Virus record (IMG/VR): IMGVR_UViG_2698536598_000002
Location: 2,385 to 66,384 of that record
DNA from: a virus
Taxonomy: Duplodnaviria > Caudoviricetes
Length of the DNA: 64,000 bases
Direction: 5' to 3' (one strand)
Below the pieces are notes generated by a model, which made no database searches, had not been told where the DNA came from, and was given only the letters and a program-made list of their open reading frames with translations. Positions 34,931 to 43,647 of this stretch are shown here, one piece after another; the stretch's first letter is position 1, and each line of letters opens with the position of its first letter. The position numbers and the translations under genes were made by a program.

Positions 34931-35431
34931 TCAGCCCGGTACGGCGCTGCTCTCCTCGTTGATCTGCCGGTGGATGATGCGGCCGATGTCCTCCCACTCG
35001 CCATCAGTGATCAACCTGCCCGGTTCGCCCGTGACCACGCCGGACGCCTGATTCATCGGGAGCAGCATCGGAATCTCCTCCGTCGGGTCGGCGCACGCCC
35101 ACACGATGCCGCGCGGGTCGTAGGCGGATCCGGAGGGGAGGAACCGGTCGCGAAGATCGAACTCCTCGCCTGTCTCCGGATGCGTCCATGCGTTGGCCTT
35201 GTCTGCGGCGTCGGAGCAGCGCTCGCACTGCTGGCCGCCGAACAGGTGCTGCTCGCAGAAGTACCCGCCGCAGCCGTGGTCGTCGCCGCGCGGATCCTTC
35301 CCGCACAGGTGGGCGAGGCCGCGATCGATGTTCGCCTTGCAGCCGTTCTCTTCGCAGATAGCTTCGACGGCATAGCCCGCTTCGATGCGGTCGCCGTTCG
35401 GGCGGATGATCTCGTAGCGCGCATATCCCAT
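34931..35431 (-). CDS. Cys/His-rich hypothetical protein
   Basis: C-x4-C...HLC...CGGYFCEQH...CxxC. Confidence 0.7.
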   Translation of the reverse strand: MGYARYEIIRPNGDRIEAGYAVEAICEENGCKANIDRGLAHLCGKDPRGDDHGCGGYFCEQHLFGGQQCERCSDAADKANAWTHPETGEEFDLRDRFLPSGSAYDPRGIVWACADPTEEIPMLLPMNQASGVVTGEPGRLITDGEWEDIGRIIHRQINEESSAVPG

Positions 35432-35446
35432 GGTTCGAGTGTCCTC

Positions 35447-35716
35447 TCAGGCGAATGTGACGGTCATCGCGCAGCTGCTGATGGTCTTTCCGGCTTCTTC
35501 GTGGGCGGTGCGGTGGGCTTCGTCATCGACGGTGTCGCAGACGAGTTGGCCGTCGCTGGTGTGGGTCCAGCCGCATGACGGGTCGCCCCATTTCTCGGTG
35601 ACGATGTCGATGACGGCTTGTTCGGTGGGCCCGTGCGGCGTGTAGCCGGCGCTGGCTTCGCTGGTGCCGCACAGGTCGCATACGGCGATGTAGCAGAGGG
35701 TCTGCTGGGTGGCCAT
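35447..35716 (-). CDS. Hypothetical protein
   Basis: CDLC...LVCD. Confidence 0.65.
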   Translation of the reverse strand: MATQQTLCYIAVCDLCGTSEASAGYTPHGPTEQAVIDIVTEKWGDPSCGWTHTSDGQLVCDTVDDEAHRTAHEEAGKTISSCAMTVTFA

Positions 35717-35726
35717 CGGCCGTCTC

Positions 35727-35816
35727 CTATTCGTCGTCGGGGTTGTCGGCGGCTTCGCAGCCGGGGCTGCAGTACGGGTAGCCGCCGGGGGCGTCGCAGT
35801 TCAGGCATTCGTTCAT
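35727..35816 (-). CDS. 29-aa Cys-rich micro-ORF
   Basis: MNECLNCDAPGGYPYCSPGCEAADNPDDE* between coupled genes. Confidence 0.5.
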   Translation of the reverse strand: MNECLNCDAPGGYPYCSPGCEAADNPDDE

Positions 35817-35818
35817 GG

Positions 35819-36052
35819 TCAGGCTCCGGGGCAGTTGGCGACGTGGTTCTCGGCCCATTCGGCGAGCTGGCGGCAGGCTTCGGGCATGTCGCTGATGTCG
35901 GCGACGTAGAGGGTGCGCCCGTGCCCGTGGGGACAGTTGGCGGCGAGGGCGATGGTGAGGTCGACGGTGGTGCGGGCGCCGTGCAGGCGGGTGATCTGCG
36001 GCTCGGCGGTGATCTGGGTCCGGCTGTGGTCGCAGGCGGTGGCGTTGGGCAT
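35819..36052 (-). CDS. Hypothetical protein
   Basis: 77 aa. Confidence 0.6.
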   Translation of the reverse strand: MPNATACDHSRTQITAEPQITRLHGARTTVDLTIALAANCPHGHGRTLYVADISDMPEACRQLAEWAENHVANCPGA

Positions 36053-36066
36053 GGTGTTTCCTTCCG

Positions 36067-36576
36067 TCAGAGGGTTCGGGCGTGGGCGAGGGCTGCGGCA
36101 CGGTCGAGGTAGAGCAGGGGCTGGCGCGGGCTATTCCGGGCGTCATTCCAGCTGGGGATGGTTTCGGCGTTGGGGAAGTCGCGGCGGATCGCTTCGAGAA
36201 GGAGCACGCACGCGTCGTCTGCTTCGCTGCGGCCGCCGGCTTCGGCCCGGATAGCCCCGATCAGGCATGCCGCGCCTTGCTCGTCTCGGAGGGCTCCGGT
36301 GCACCAGCCGCCGTCAGCGAGGCGGAGCTGCGCTTTGTGGAGGGTGACGGCGATCGGGGTGGTGTACGGGCAGGGGGCGGTGGTGGGGGTGAGCGGGATC
36401 GGTGCCGTCACCTCTGGGATGGGGTCGGCGTCGGGGATGTGGGCGGTGTTGACGCCGATGGCCAGGACGGCGAGTTTGCAGCGTTCGTCCATGACCGCGC
36501 CCACGAGTGCGAGCCGCGCGTCGAGGTCGAGTTCGACCTGGACGTCGGTTGCCGGGGTGGTGGGCGCGGTCTGCAT
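36067..36576 (-). CDS. DUF6197-like protein
   Basis: GWCTGAL.DEQGA.CLIGAIR...IPSWND. Confidence 0.7.
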   Translation of the reverse strand: MQTAPTTPATDVQVELDLDARLALVGAVMDERCKLAVLAIGVNTAHIPDADPIPEVTAPIPLTPTTAPCPYTTPIAVTLHKAQLRLADGGWCTGALRDEQGAACLIGAIRAEAGGRSEADDACVLLLEAIRRDFPNAETIPSWNDARNSPRQPLLYLDRAAALAHARTL

Positions 36577-37346
36577 CAGGCAGTCGCCTTGCTTGCTTTG
36601 CCGGTGCCGGTGCATTCGGGGCAGACGGTGAGGGTCTGTTCACCGCCGTGGGCGCCGTGGAGCTTGCCGTTTCCGGCACACATCCAGCAGAGGCCTTTGG
36701 CGATGGCTTTGCCGGGGTGCATCGCCTTGTTCTGCTTGATCCACTGCTGGTCGGTCATCCCGGAGTTGGCGACGACCTTGGACACGGCGGGCTTCTTGGC
36801 AGGCTGGGTGGCGGCTTCGGTGGCTTGGGCGTACCAGGCTCCGCCGACGCTCTTGCCGCCGTGCTTCTGCTTCTCGTGGTTGCGCAGCGCCTTGGTCGCT
36901 TCCTTGGCGTCGCGGAACCGCGGCTTCTCTTTCTTGCCGCAGGGGCAGGCCCAGCCGACGAGGCCGGTGTTCTTGTCGGCGCCGAACCGGCTGGCCTTGT
37001 AGACGGCCCACTTGGAGACCTTGGCTTTGGTGGGCTTGGCGGGGCAGGGCTTGGATCCGGTGAATGCCCCGTCTTTGCCCTGGGTGAAGATCTGCCCGTT
37101 GCCGTGGCATTTGGGGCAGCCTTCGTGGGTGGCGCGGAGGATGGCGGCGTCTTTGCGGGAGCGGACGACGTCGTTGCGGGTGTCGAGGTGGGAGACGGCG
37201 AAGAGGACCATGCGGGCGCCGATTTGGGCGTGGAGCGGGCCTGTGCGGGGGATCTTGACGCGGCGGGCGGGGTGCTTGCGCGCGGGCGTCCTGCGGGCCT
37301 TGGATACGGTGGCGCGGCGGGCCGGGCTGCGCTTCGCGGGCGGCAT
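36576..37346 (-). CDS. Basic protein with three DnaJ-type CxxCxGxG motifs
   Basis: CPKCHGNG, CWMCAGNG, CPECTGTG; K/R/A-rich. Confidence 0.75.
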   Translation of the reverse strand: MPPAKRSPARRATVSKARRTPARKHPARRVKIPRTGPLHAQIGARMVLFAVSHLDTRNDVVRSRKDAAILRATHEGCPKCHGNGQIFTQGKDGAFTGSKPCPAKPTKAKVSKWAVYKASRFGADKNTGLVGWACPCGKKEKPRFRDAKEATKALRNHEKQKHGGKSVGGAWYAQATEAATQPAKKPAVSKVVANSGMTDQQWIKQNKAMHPGKAIAKGLCWMCAGNGKLHGAHGGEQTLTVCPECTGTGKASKATA

Positions 37347-37390
37347 TCGGGCTCCTCGGGCAGGTGGTCGGTTTGTGATGGTTTGTTAAG

Positions 37391-37543
37391 CCCTCGCGAG
37401 GCCCTCGGGGGTGCTCCGTCGCAGGTCACGGCCCCTCGGCCTACCCCTCGCGGGGTCCTCGCAGATTTCGCGAGGGGTAGGCCGAGGACTTGCGTGAGGG
37501 GCTGTGACCTGCGGTCGAGGGGTTCCGAGGACCTCGCGAGGGG
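37391..37543. repeat. Long imperfect palindrome of CCTCG repeats (clt-like locus)
   Basis: Perfect 19-bp inverted repeat 37434-37452/37469-37487, 9-bp pair 37421-37429/37504-37512, CCTCGCGAGG at both ends. Confidence 0.85.
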
Positions 37544-37551
37544 TGGACTTT

Positions 37552-39555
37552 CTAGCGCAAAGCGGTCAGCGCTTCGATCTTGTAGCCGTTCGGGTTCTTC
37601 AATCCGTCAATGGCTCCGATGGGCACCGGCACGCCAACACCGACCTCCCTGAACAGCTTTCGCAGCTCGGCCACCGTGAGGTCGCCATAGGCTTCCGGAT
37701 CGAAGGCCGCGAGCGCCTCGGCGAGAGGCTCGGGGCGGATCCGCTCCACTCGGGCCGTGACCATGACCTCGATGGCGTCGACGACGACCTGCCGGTCCCC
37801 GGGGATCCGCTTCTGCTCTACTCCCTCGTCGGCGAGGTGCAGCAGCCCAGCAGCGGCGAGCGTGTCTCGGTCGAACCAAGGACGCCCAGCCGCGACGCGA
37901 TCAACGACGGCCTGCTTGATGCCGTGGTTGCCGTGCTCGTTCCACCCGTACAGCAGCGGCCGGTCGAGCCCCGGGCCCTTGATGTACGACTGGCCGGCGT
38001 CGTTCTTGATGTCCTTGTTCTGGGCGGGGACGAGCCGGTCGGGGCGGAAGCCCTTCGCGGCGGCGCCCTGGCCCAGGACGAGCCGGATATCGTCCCAGCG
38101 GGAGGCCAGCATGACTCGCAGGGTGAAGGTGTCGGCGATGGCGTCTCCCATCGCGTCGGACGTGGCGTCCTGGCCGGCCGCAATCACGTAGATGCCGGAC
38201 TGCTTGCCGATGCGCAGCAGCTCGATGAACAGCTCCTTCGCCCGCGGGCTGAGGAAGATGAACTCGTCGACGCACGCGAAGATTGCCGGGTGTTCCTTGG
38301 TGGCCACCCAGGTGTCGCCCATGCCGAGCCGGTTGCGGACGACGTTCCGCCCGCCCGCCATCTTGACCAGGTACTCAAGCCACTGCTCGCACGCCTTGTT
38401 GCCGCGGATCGGTGGGACGGCCGTGGCGCCTTCGAACTCGCGGAGCCCGTCCTTGATGGGGTCGAGGTCGAGGAGGATGGCGTTGTGGCAGGCGGTGATG
38501 ACCTCCGCGAGATCGCGCAGCACGCCGGTGGACTTGGCGGCACCGGAGACGCCGATGACGAGAATGCGCTGCCCTTCGAGCACCAGGTCGAGCGGCGAGC
38601 CGTCCATGCAGCGGCCAAAGTTGTGGCTGTGGGCGATGTCGAGGCTGTTCGGAGCGTGCACGGCAGGCTTGGCCATGTCGTCGAACGGGTTGCCGGTGAC
38701 GAGCCGGAGCACAAGGTGCGCGGACTCGGCCGGATCGGGGTCGATGAGGGTGCCGCCCTGCTTGATGTTGAAGTGTGCGTCCAGTTGGTCGCAGACCGCG
38801 TTCACCTTGCCGGGGGTGGAGCCCTTGAGGACGACATCGACCTCCCAGAACTTGCCACGGAAGCCGAGCGCCCGAATCTGCCGGACACCGACGCCTTCCC
38901 AGGCCAGCGCCCGGGACACGCAGTCCTCGACCATGCCCGGCGACGTGCACAGGGCGAGCGGGAACGGCTCGTCGGAGTTGGGGTCGTCCTGTTCGGCGAT
39001 CATCTGCTGGGGGGCGATGTCGGGCCGGTTGACTCGGTAACGGCCGTACAGGGTGACCACGGTTGCGGCGACCGCTGTGGTCAGGGACGGGGGGATCATC
39101 CAGGACCAGTCGAGGGCAGTCATGCCCGCGTACTTCACGAGCGCCCACCAGCCGGCCAGGTTCAGACCGGCAGTGATGCCCGCACCCCAGCCGAGAATCC
39201 TCCACCGCTTCTGGCGGACCTGCTGGTTCATGGACCAGTCGGACTTCTTCTGCATGCCGCCGATGACTTCCTGGAAGTCGTGGCTGCGCACGTACCGCCA
39301 GCCGAGGAAGCTGACGGCCCGCATACCGGCCGCGAACCAGGTGGCGGTGAGGCCCACGGCGCGGCCGGTCTTGGCAGCGGCGACCATGGCCGCCGAGCCG
39401 GTCTTCGACAGGACGGTCGGGTGCGGGGTGTAGGGGACGACAATGCCGGGCGCGATGTCCTCGCCGGACAAGTCGTCGGGCACATGCAGCTCGCCGGGGA
39501 TGACCTTCGACAGGTCCCAGTCGTTAGGGAACTCGGGGTGCTGGTCGAGGCTCAT
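37552..39555 (-). CDS. FtsK/SpoIIIE-type DNA translocase, Streptomyces TraB-like
   Basis: Two N-terminal TM segments; GVSGAAKST Walker A variant; FACVDEF Walker B; LLRIGKQSGIYVIAAGQ; C-terminal winged-helix-like tail. Confidence 0.85.
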   Translation of the reverse strand: MSLDQHPEFPNDWDLSKVIPGELHVPDDLSGEDIAPGIVVPYTPHPTVLSKTGSAAMVAAAKTGRAVGLTATWFAAGMRAVSFLGWRYVRSHDFQEVIGGMQKKSDWSMNQQVRQKRWRILGWGAGITAGLNLAGWWALVKYAGMTALDWSWMIPPSLTTAVAATVVTLYGRYRVNRPDIAPQQMIAEQDDPNSDEPFPLALCTSPGMVEDCVSRALAWEGVGVRQIRALGFRGKFWEVDVVLKGSTPGKVNAVCDQLDAHFNIKQGGTLIDPDPAESAHLVLRLVTGNPFDDMAKPAVHAPNSLDIAHSHNFGRCMDGSPLDLVLEGQRILVIGVSGAAKSTGVLRDLAEVITACHNAILLDLDPIKDGLREFEGATAVPPIRGNKACEQWLEYLVKMAGGRNVVRNRLGMGDTWVATKEHPAIFACVDEFIFLSPRAKELFIELLRIGKQSGIYVIAAGQDATSDAMGDAIADTFTLRVMLASRWDDIRLVLGQGAAAKGFRPDRLVPAQNKDIKNDAGQSYIKGPGLDRPLLYGWNEHGNHGIKQAVVDRVAAGRPWFDRDTLAAAGLLHLADEGVEQKRIPGDRQVVVDAIEVMVTARVERIRPEPLAEALAAFDPEAYGDLTVAELRKLFREVGVGVPVPIGAIDGLKNPNGYKIEALTALR

Positions 39556-40817
39556 GACGGGTCCTTCTTGGCGGCGTTCTTGGTGCGGAGGAGTTCGCTG
39601 TGCGCGCGGCCGGCGGCGCGGCTGTAGCGGGGGGTGTCGCCCTTCGTGCGGCGCGGGGGAACGGGCTTGTATCCGGAGCGGGGTGTTTGGATCGCACGCT
39701 GCGCGTTTGTGGTCTTGCTGAGGGTGTTCACGGGGCGCTGCTGACGGGCCGCTTCGACCCTCGCGGTCGCGGCGTTGCGCATACGGAGAACCTCAGCGGA
39801 CTCGCCCGGCTTGGCGCCCTCCACGTCGAGCTTGGCGCGCTCCCAGACGGCGTTCGGGTCCGTCGCGGCGAGGTCCGCGGCGAGCTTCACGGCGTGCTCC
39901 CACACCTTCGGGAAGAGGGTCGCGCGACGCTCGGCGAGCTGCTGCGCGGTCTCCGCCGCAGCCTTGTCGGCGGCGGCCCTCTCGGCCACGCGGCACTTCT
40001 CCTCTGCGGCCTGCTTCTTAGCTGCTGCAGCCTCGACCTTGCGCTGCGCTCCGCGCTCACGCCAAGTCGGCTTGCCGTCCAGCTTCCGGATGCGGCCGTG
40101 CTCGTGGAGGTCCCACATACCGGGACCAGCGATCGAGGCTAGGGCAGTGCCGAAAGCGGTCGCCGGGTCGAAGGCGTCGAGGCCGTGCACGACGTTGATG
40201 ATGGCGGCGGTAAGCGCGCCGCCCCAGGCGACGAGCCGGTAGTGCCACTGAGGGCGACCGTCCGTGACCGCCGCCGCTGCTCCAACGAGCGCGACAAGGG
40301 CGATCACCTCAATGAACACCGGGGCGACGAGCAGGTACTTGGCGGCCGGGTCGAAGAAGGCGGCCATCTGTACGGGCAGGGCGACCGCAGCACACAGGGC
40401 GTAGAAGCCCATCGCCACTCGGCGCCACCGCACGCTGGACTTCTTGACCGCCTTGGCGCTCGCAGCCTCGGCCCGCTCCTGCGCCTCTGCCTGGCGGCGC
40501 GCGGCCTCACGGGCGCGGTCGCTCTCCTCGCGCTTCCGGTCTGCCTCGGCTGTCTTCGCGCGCTGCTCGGCCCTCTCTCGCTCGAATCGCACGACAGCCC
40601 GCTCGTGGGCCAGTGCCTGCTTCTCGTTCTCCAGCCGCAGCTGCTCGGCCTGCTGCACCTTGAGGGCCTTCTCGCCCTCGGCCGCAGCGAGCAGTGCCTG
40701 GCGCTCGGCGGCGGCACGGACACGGATCGCCTCCGCCTCAGCGGCACGCACGGGGTCAACGCGCAACTCGGAGGCAACGGGCGTCCCGTTCACCTGCTCG
40801 ACAGACGTGGCGGTCAC
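39552..40817 (-). CDS. Coiled-coil + 4-TM membrane protein (DUF2637/SpdB2-like)
   Basis: A/E/R/Q coiled coil, four hydrophobic segments, basic C-terminus; ATGA-coupled to the translocase. Confidence 0.75.
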   Translation of the reverse strand: MTATSVEQVNGTPVASELRVDPVRAAEAEAIRVRAAAERQALLAAAEGEKALKVQQAEQLRLENEKQALAHERAVVRFERERAEQRAKTAEADRKREESDRAREAARRQAEAQERAEAASAKAVKKSSVRWRRVAMGFYALCAAVALPVQMAAFFDPAAKYLLVAPVFIEVIALVALVGAAAAVTDGRPQWHYRLVAWGGALTAAIINVVHGLDAFDPATAFGTALASIAGPGMWDLHEHGRIRKLDGKPTWRERGAQRKVEAAAAKKQAAEEKCRVAERAAADKAAAETAQQLAERRATLFPKVWEHAVKLAADLAATDPNAVWERAKLDVEGAKPGESAEVLRMRNAATARVEAARQQRPVNTLSKTTNAQRAIQTPRSGYKPVPPRRTKGDTPRYSRAAGRAHSELLRTKNAAKKDPS

Positions 40818-40832
40818 GGCGGATCAGTCCTC

Positions 40833-41129
40833 TCAGGCGGTGGCGCTGGTGCGCGCCTTGTGGAATTCGCGGACGAACTCGTCGGTCAGGCCGGAGCCGA
40901 CCGCCGCGCCGACCGGGCCGATCCCGGTGACGGACGCGGCCCACAGCTCCAGCCAGGCGGCCCGGGTGGCCAGGTAGTTGATGACGGGCCGGGCGCAGCG
41001 CACAGTCAGGACGACGACGCCGAGCCCGGCCATCACCAGCAGGGCGAGGACTTTCAGCGCCCACCGGCCCGCCCAGGCGGCGGCGCGGGCCAGCCGGCCA
41101 GGCTTCGCGGTGATCAGATACGGGCGCAT
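40833..41129 (-). CDS. Small single-TM membrane protein (Spd-like)
   Basis: WALKVLALLVMAGLGVVVLTV. Confidence 0.7.
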   Translation of the reverse strand: MRPYLITAKPGRLARAAAWAGRWALKVLALLVMAGLGVVVLTVRCARPVINYLATRAAWLELWAASVTGIGPVGAAVGSGLTDEFVREFHKARTSATA

Positions 41130-41155
41130 GACGGCCTCTCGGGTTGGGTGTCGGG

Positions 41156-41362
41156 TCAGCTCTTGCGCTTGGTGCCGCCGTGCCAGAAGCCGACCTTCGC
41201 GGCGGCCTCGTTCGCGGCCGTGTTGAGGCGCTGGTACTCCGGGGTCTCGTCCCGGATCCCGGCCTTGAACTCGCGGCTGCTGTTGTCGTTGAGCGCCTTG
41301 TCCGCGGCCTTCATCTCGGCGATCGCGGCCTTCTCCTCGGGCGACTTACTGAACAGGCCCAT
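41156..41362 (-). CDS. Small helical hypothetical protein
   Basis: MGLFSKSPEEKAAIAEMKAAD...; GGAG RBS. Confidence 0.7.
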   Translation of the reverse strand: MGLFSKSPEEKAAIAEMKAADKALNDNSSREFKAGIRDETPEYQRLNTAANEAAAKVGFWHGGTKRKS

Positions 41363-41375
41363 CAGGGCTCCTCTC

Positions 41376-41437
41376 GGTGGGTGGCGGAACGCTGAGCGGT
41401 TCCCCTCACCGCCCGTTCGAGACGGGCGGATCGGGCA
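41376..41437. repeat. Intergenic repeat copy 1
   Basis: GGTGGGTGG..GGAA.CGCTG...CCCCTCACCGCCCG-loop-CGGGCGGATCGGGCA. Confidence 0.8.
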
Positions 41438-41453
41438 ACAGGTCAGGCGGCGG

Positions 41454-41645
41454 TCAGGAACGGCGCTGCAGCTCCTGGCTGATCTGGTCGAGCGTCCGCC
41501 GGTACCCGTCAAGGGCGTTGTCCTCGCCCGTGAGTGCGGTAGCACCGAAGGCGGACTGCATGCGGGCGGCCGAATCGACGTTGGCCTGCGCCTGCTTGGC
41601 CTCGGCGTGAAGTTCGTCGGTTGAGTGGCGGCTGAAGAAGCCCAT
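41454..41645 (-). CDS. Small helical hypothetical protein
   Basis: MGFFSRHSTDEL... Confidence 0.7.
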   Translation of the reverse strand: MGFFSRHSTDELHAEAKQAQANVDSAARMQSAFGATALTGEDNALDGYRRTLDQISQELQRRS

Positions 41646-41664
41646 GACGTTTCATCCTTCGTTT

Positions 41665-41730
41665 GGTGGGTGGTGGAAGCGCTGTCCCGGCTCCCCTCAC
41701 CGCCCGGCACAGGTCCGGGCGGATCGGGCA
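41665..41730. repeat. Intergenic repeat copy 2
   Basis: Same arms as 41376-41437 with a different loop. Confidence 0.8.
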
Positions 41731-41763
41731 GCCGATCAGTGCGTGTGCGTGTCCGGTGGGCGG

Positions 41764-41958
41764 CTAGCTGATCTTGGCGGGGCCGACCTGGACGCTGGAC
41801 GCCTGGACGCCTTCCTTGGCGAGGTCGGCTCGGATAGCCCTGGCGTCCTCGCGGGGCGGGTTGAAGGCGTTGATGGTGTGGGTGCCTTCGATCTGGCTGG
41901 TCTCGCCGGTGTCGGGGTTGGTGACGGTGGCGGTGTAGTCGCGGGTCCGGAAGGGCAT
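41764..41958 (-). CDS. Small hypothetical protein
   Basis: MPFRTRDYTATVTNPDTG...; GGAG RBS. Confidence 0.65.
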   Translation of the reverse strand: MPFRTRDYTATVTNPDTGETSQIEGTHTINAFNPPREDARAIRADLAKEGVQASSVQVGPAKIS

Positions 41959-42113
41959 GTGGGGCTCCTGTCGGGTTGGCTGATCAGGTGGGTGGTGCAG
42001 TGCCCGTGTCTGCTGTCGAGGCGTAGGCCCGGGTTCGGCCTGACGGGGGCTGAGCCGTGCTGGCAGGGCGGAGGGGAGCCGAACACCCGCCAGCACGGCG
42101 CTTTGGGGGCCGG

Positions 42114-42347
42114 TCAGGCGGCGGCCGGGTAGTCGAAGCCGGCCAGCTCGTCGGCGAGCGGGTTGGACTTCACGGCCTGACGGATCACGTCCATGCGCGC
42201 CTTGTCCCCGGCCGCACGGGCGTTGGCGAACGCGGTGAACAGGTCGGTCACGCTCAGGACGGCGGCCTCGGCGACCGTCGTGTTCGCGCGGGCCCTGCGG
42301 CCCAGCTCGGTGGCGCCCAGGTCGGCGGAGAACAGGAACGGAGACAT
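42114..42347 (-). CDS. Hypothetical protein
   Basis: 77 aa. Confidence 0.65.
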   Translation of the reverse strand: MSPFLFSADLGATELGRRARANTTVAEAAVLSVTDLFTAFANARAAGDKARMDVIRQAVKSNPLADELAGFDYPAAA

Positions 42348-42386
42348 GGTGGTGCCCTCTCGGGTGCAGGAACAGGTGGGTGGCGG

Positions 42387-42665
42387 TCAGGCGGTGACGC
42401 GGGTCAGTTCGAATCGAGCGACAGTGACGATGCTCGGGTCCACGTCCTCGCAGACCTGGTTGACGAAGTGCTGGCGGATCAGCGCGTGGACGACGGGCTC
42501 GGACAGGTCGAACTGGCCGGAGGCGTGCCGGGTCGGGGTCGTCGGGGAGGCGTAGGCGTTCCGAAACGCGGGCGGCGTGTGCTCAGGGATGGAGACGCCG
42601 GGGAACTCGACGGCCAAGTCGTAGTCGTAGCGGCCGGGCTCGACGATCTCGCTGGAAGAAGGCAT
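42387..42665 (-). CDS. Hypothetical protein
   Basis: 92 aa; GGAG RBS. Confidence 0.65.
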   Translation of the reverse strand: MPSSSEIVEPGRYDYDLAVEFPGVSIPEHTPPAFRNAYASPTTPTRHASGQFDLSEPVVHALIRQHFVNQVCEDVDPSIVTVARFELTRVTA

Positions 42666-42762
42666 GACTGGTCTCCTCGGTTGGTCGTGCCGGGATGTGG
42701 TGGTGGGAGCCGCGGCCGGCGGGACGGGGGGTCGACCGCCAGCCGCGGCGGTAAGGGGCTGG

Positions 42763-42918
42763 CTAGTGCCAGCTGTGGCAGCGGTCCCGCCACGTCAGAT
42801 GCACCGGGCAGGTGACCCGCTCGTGGGCCGGGGTCTGGTCGCGGGCCTCACGCTGCAAGGCACGGTCCAGGTCGTCGGAGCAGTCGGCCGGCATACGCGG
42901 CAGCGTCGGGGCCGCCAT
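42763..42918 (-). CDS. Small Cys/His protein
   Basis: CPVH..W..RC. Confidence 0.55.
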   Translation of the reverse strand: MAAPTLPRMPADCSDDLDRALQREARDQTPAHERVTCPVHLTWRDRCHSWH

Positions 42919-43253
42919 CACTCGCCCTCGCCCTCGAACGGCGGGTAGATCGTGGCCCGGATCGCGCCACGGACACGCTCGCCCTGCCACGAGAACTTCG
43001 CGTACAGGTGGGTCGCCCCACCGGAGTCCACCCGCTCGGGGATGACGTCCGCGTCCAGGTGCCGGGCCCAGGCGTCGAACGCCGCACGCTGCTCGTCCGG
43101 CGTCGACGTCAACGAGTCGACGTCGGCGACCAGGGCCCCTGACGTTGCGATCGTCCAGGTGACGCCGGGGAGGTCATCGGCTTTGAGCAACTCGCCGAGG
43201 GCCCGGTGGGCGTCCCGCTGCCAGCGCCTCACATACATCTGGTCGGCCATCAC
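42918..43253 (-). CDS. Hypothetical protein
   Basis: 111 aa, coupled. Confidence 0.7.
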   Translation of the reverse strand: MMADQMYVRRWQRDAHRALGELLKADDLPGVTWTIATSGALVADVDSLTSTPDEQRAAFDAWARHLDADVIPERVDSGGATHLYAKFSWQGERVRGAIRATIYPPFEGEGE

Positions 43254-43326
43254 GCCACCGCCTTGTGCGGGTGGGGGCGCGGCGGACGCACCGGAAGCGG
43301 CGGCTTCGACTTGCCGTGCTCGGCGC

Positions 43327-43647
43327 TCACCGGGACGCCCCGATCAGGTCGAGCTGGCAGCGGCAGGCGCGCATCTCGTCCTGCGCCAACAGCACCGCAT
43401 CGAAGTCCGTGTCCGGGTTCGCGGCCAGCCGGCGGCACCGCTGCGACGCCGCCCGATACCGGTCCAGCAAATCGGCCTCGGCCAGGCTCACCCGCGTGCA
43501 CTTGGTCCCGTTGATGACCACCGACTCGCCGACCCGCAGGCCGGCCAGACGACGCTCCAAACGGTGAATCGCGTCCACGGCGGCCGACGGGAGCGGGGCG
43601 GTGGGGATGCCCGGCGGGAGCGGGGCGCGGACATGGCTGGCGGTCAT
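43327..43647 (-). CDS. Hypothetical protein
   Basis: ATGA-coupled to the HNH gene. Confidence 0.6.
   Translation of the reverse strand: MTASHVRAPLPPGIPTAPLPSAAVDAIHRLERRLAGLRVGESVVINGTKCTRVSLAEADLLDRYRAASQRCRRLAANPDTDFDAVLLAQDEMRACRCQLDLIGASR

Noticed and set aside
37504-39627. 707-aa plus-strand ORF
   Set aside because: Antisense shadow of the translocase.
41376-41730. CRISPR array
   Set aside because: Only two copies, separated by a protein-coding gene; no cas genes.
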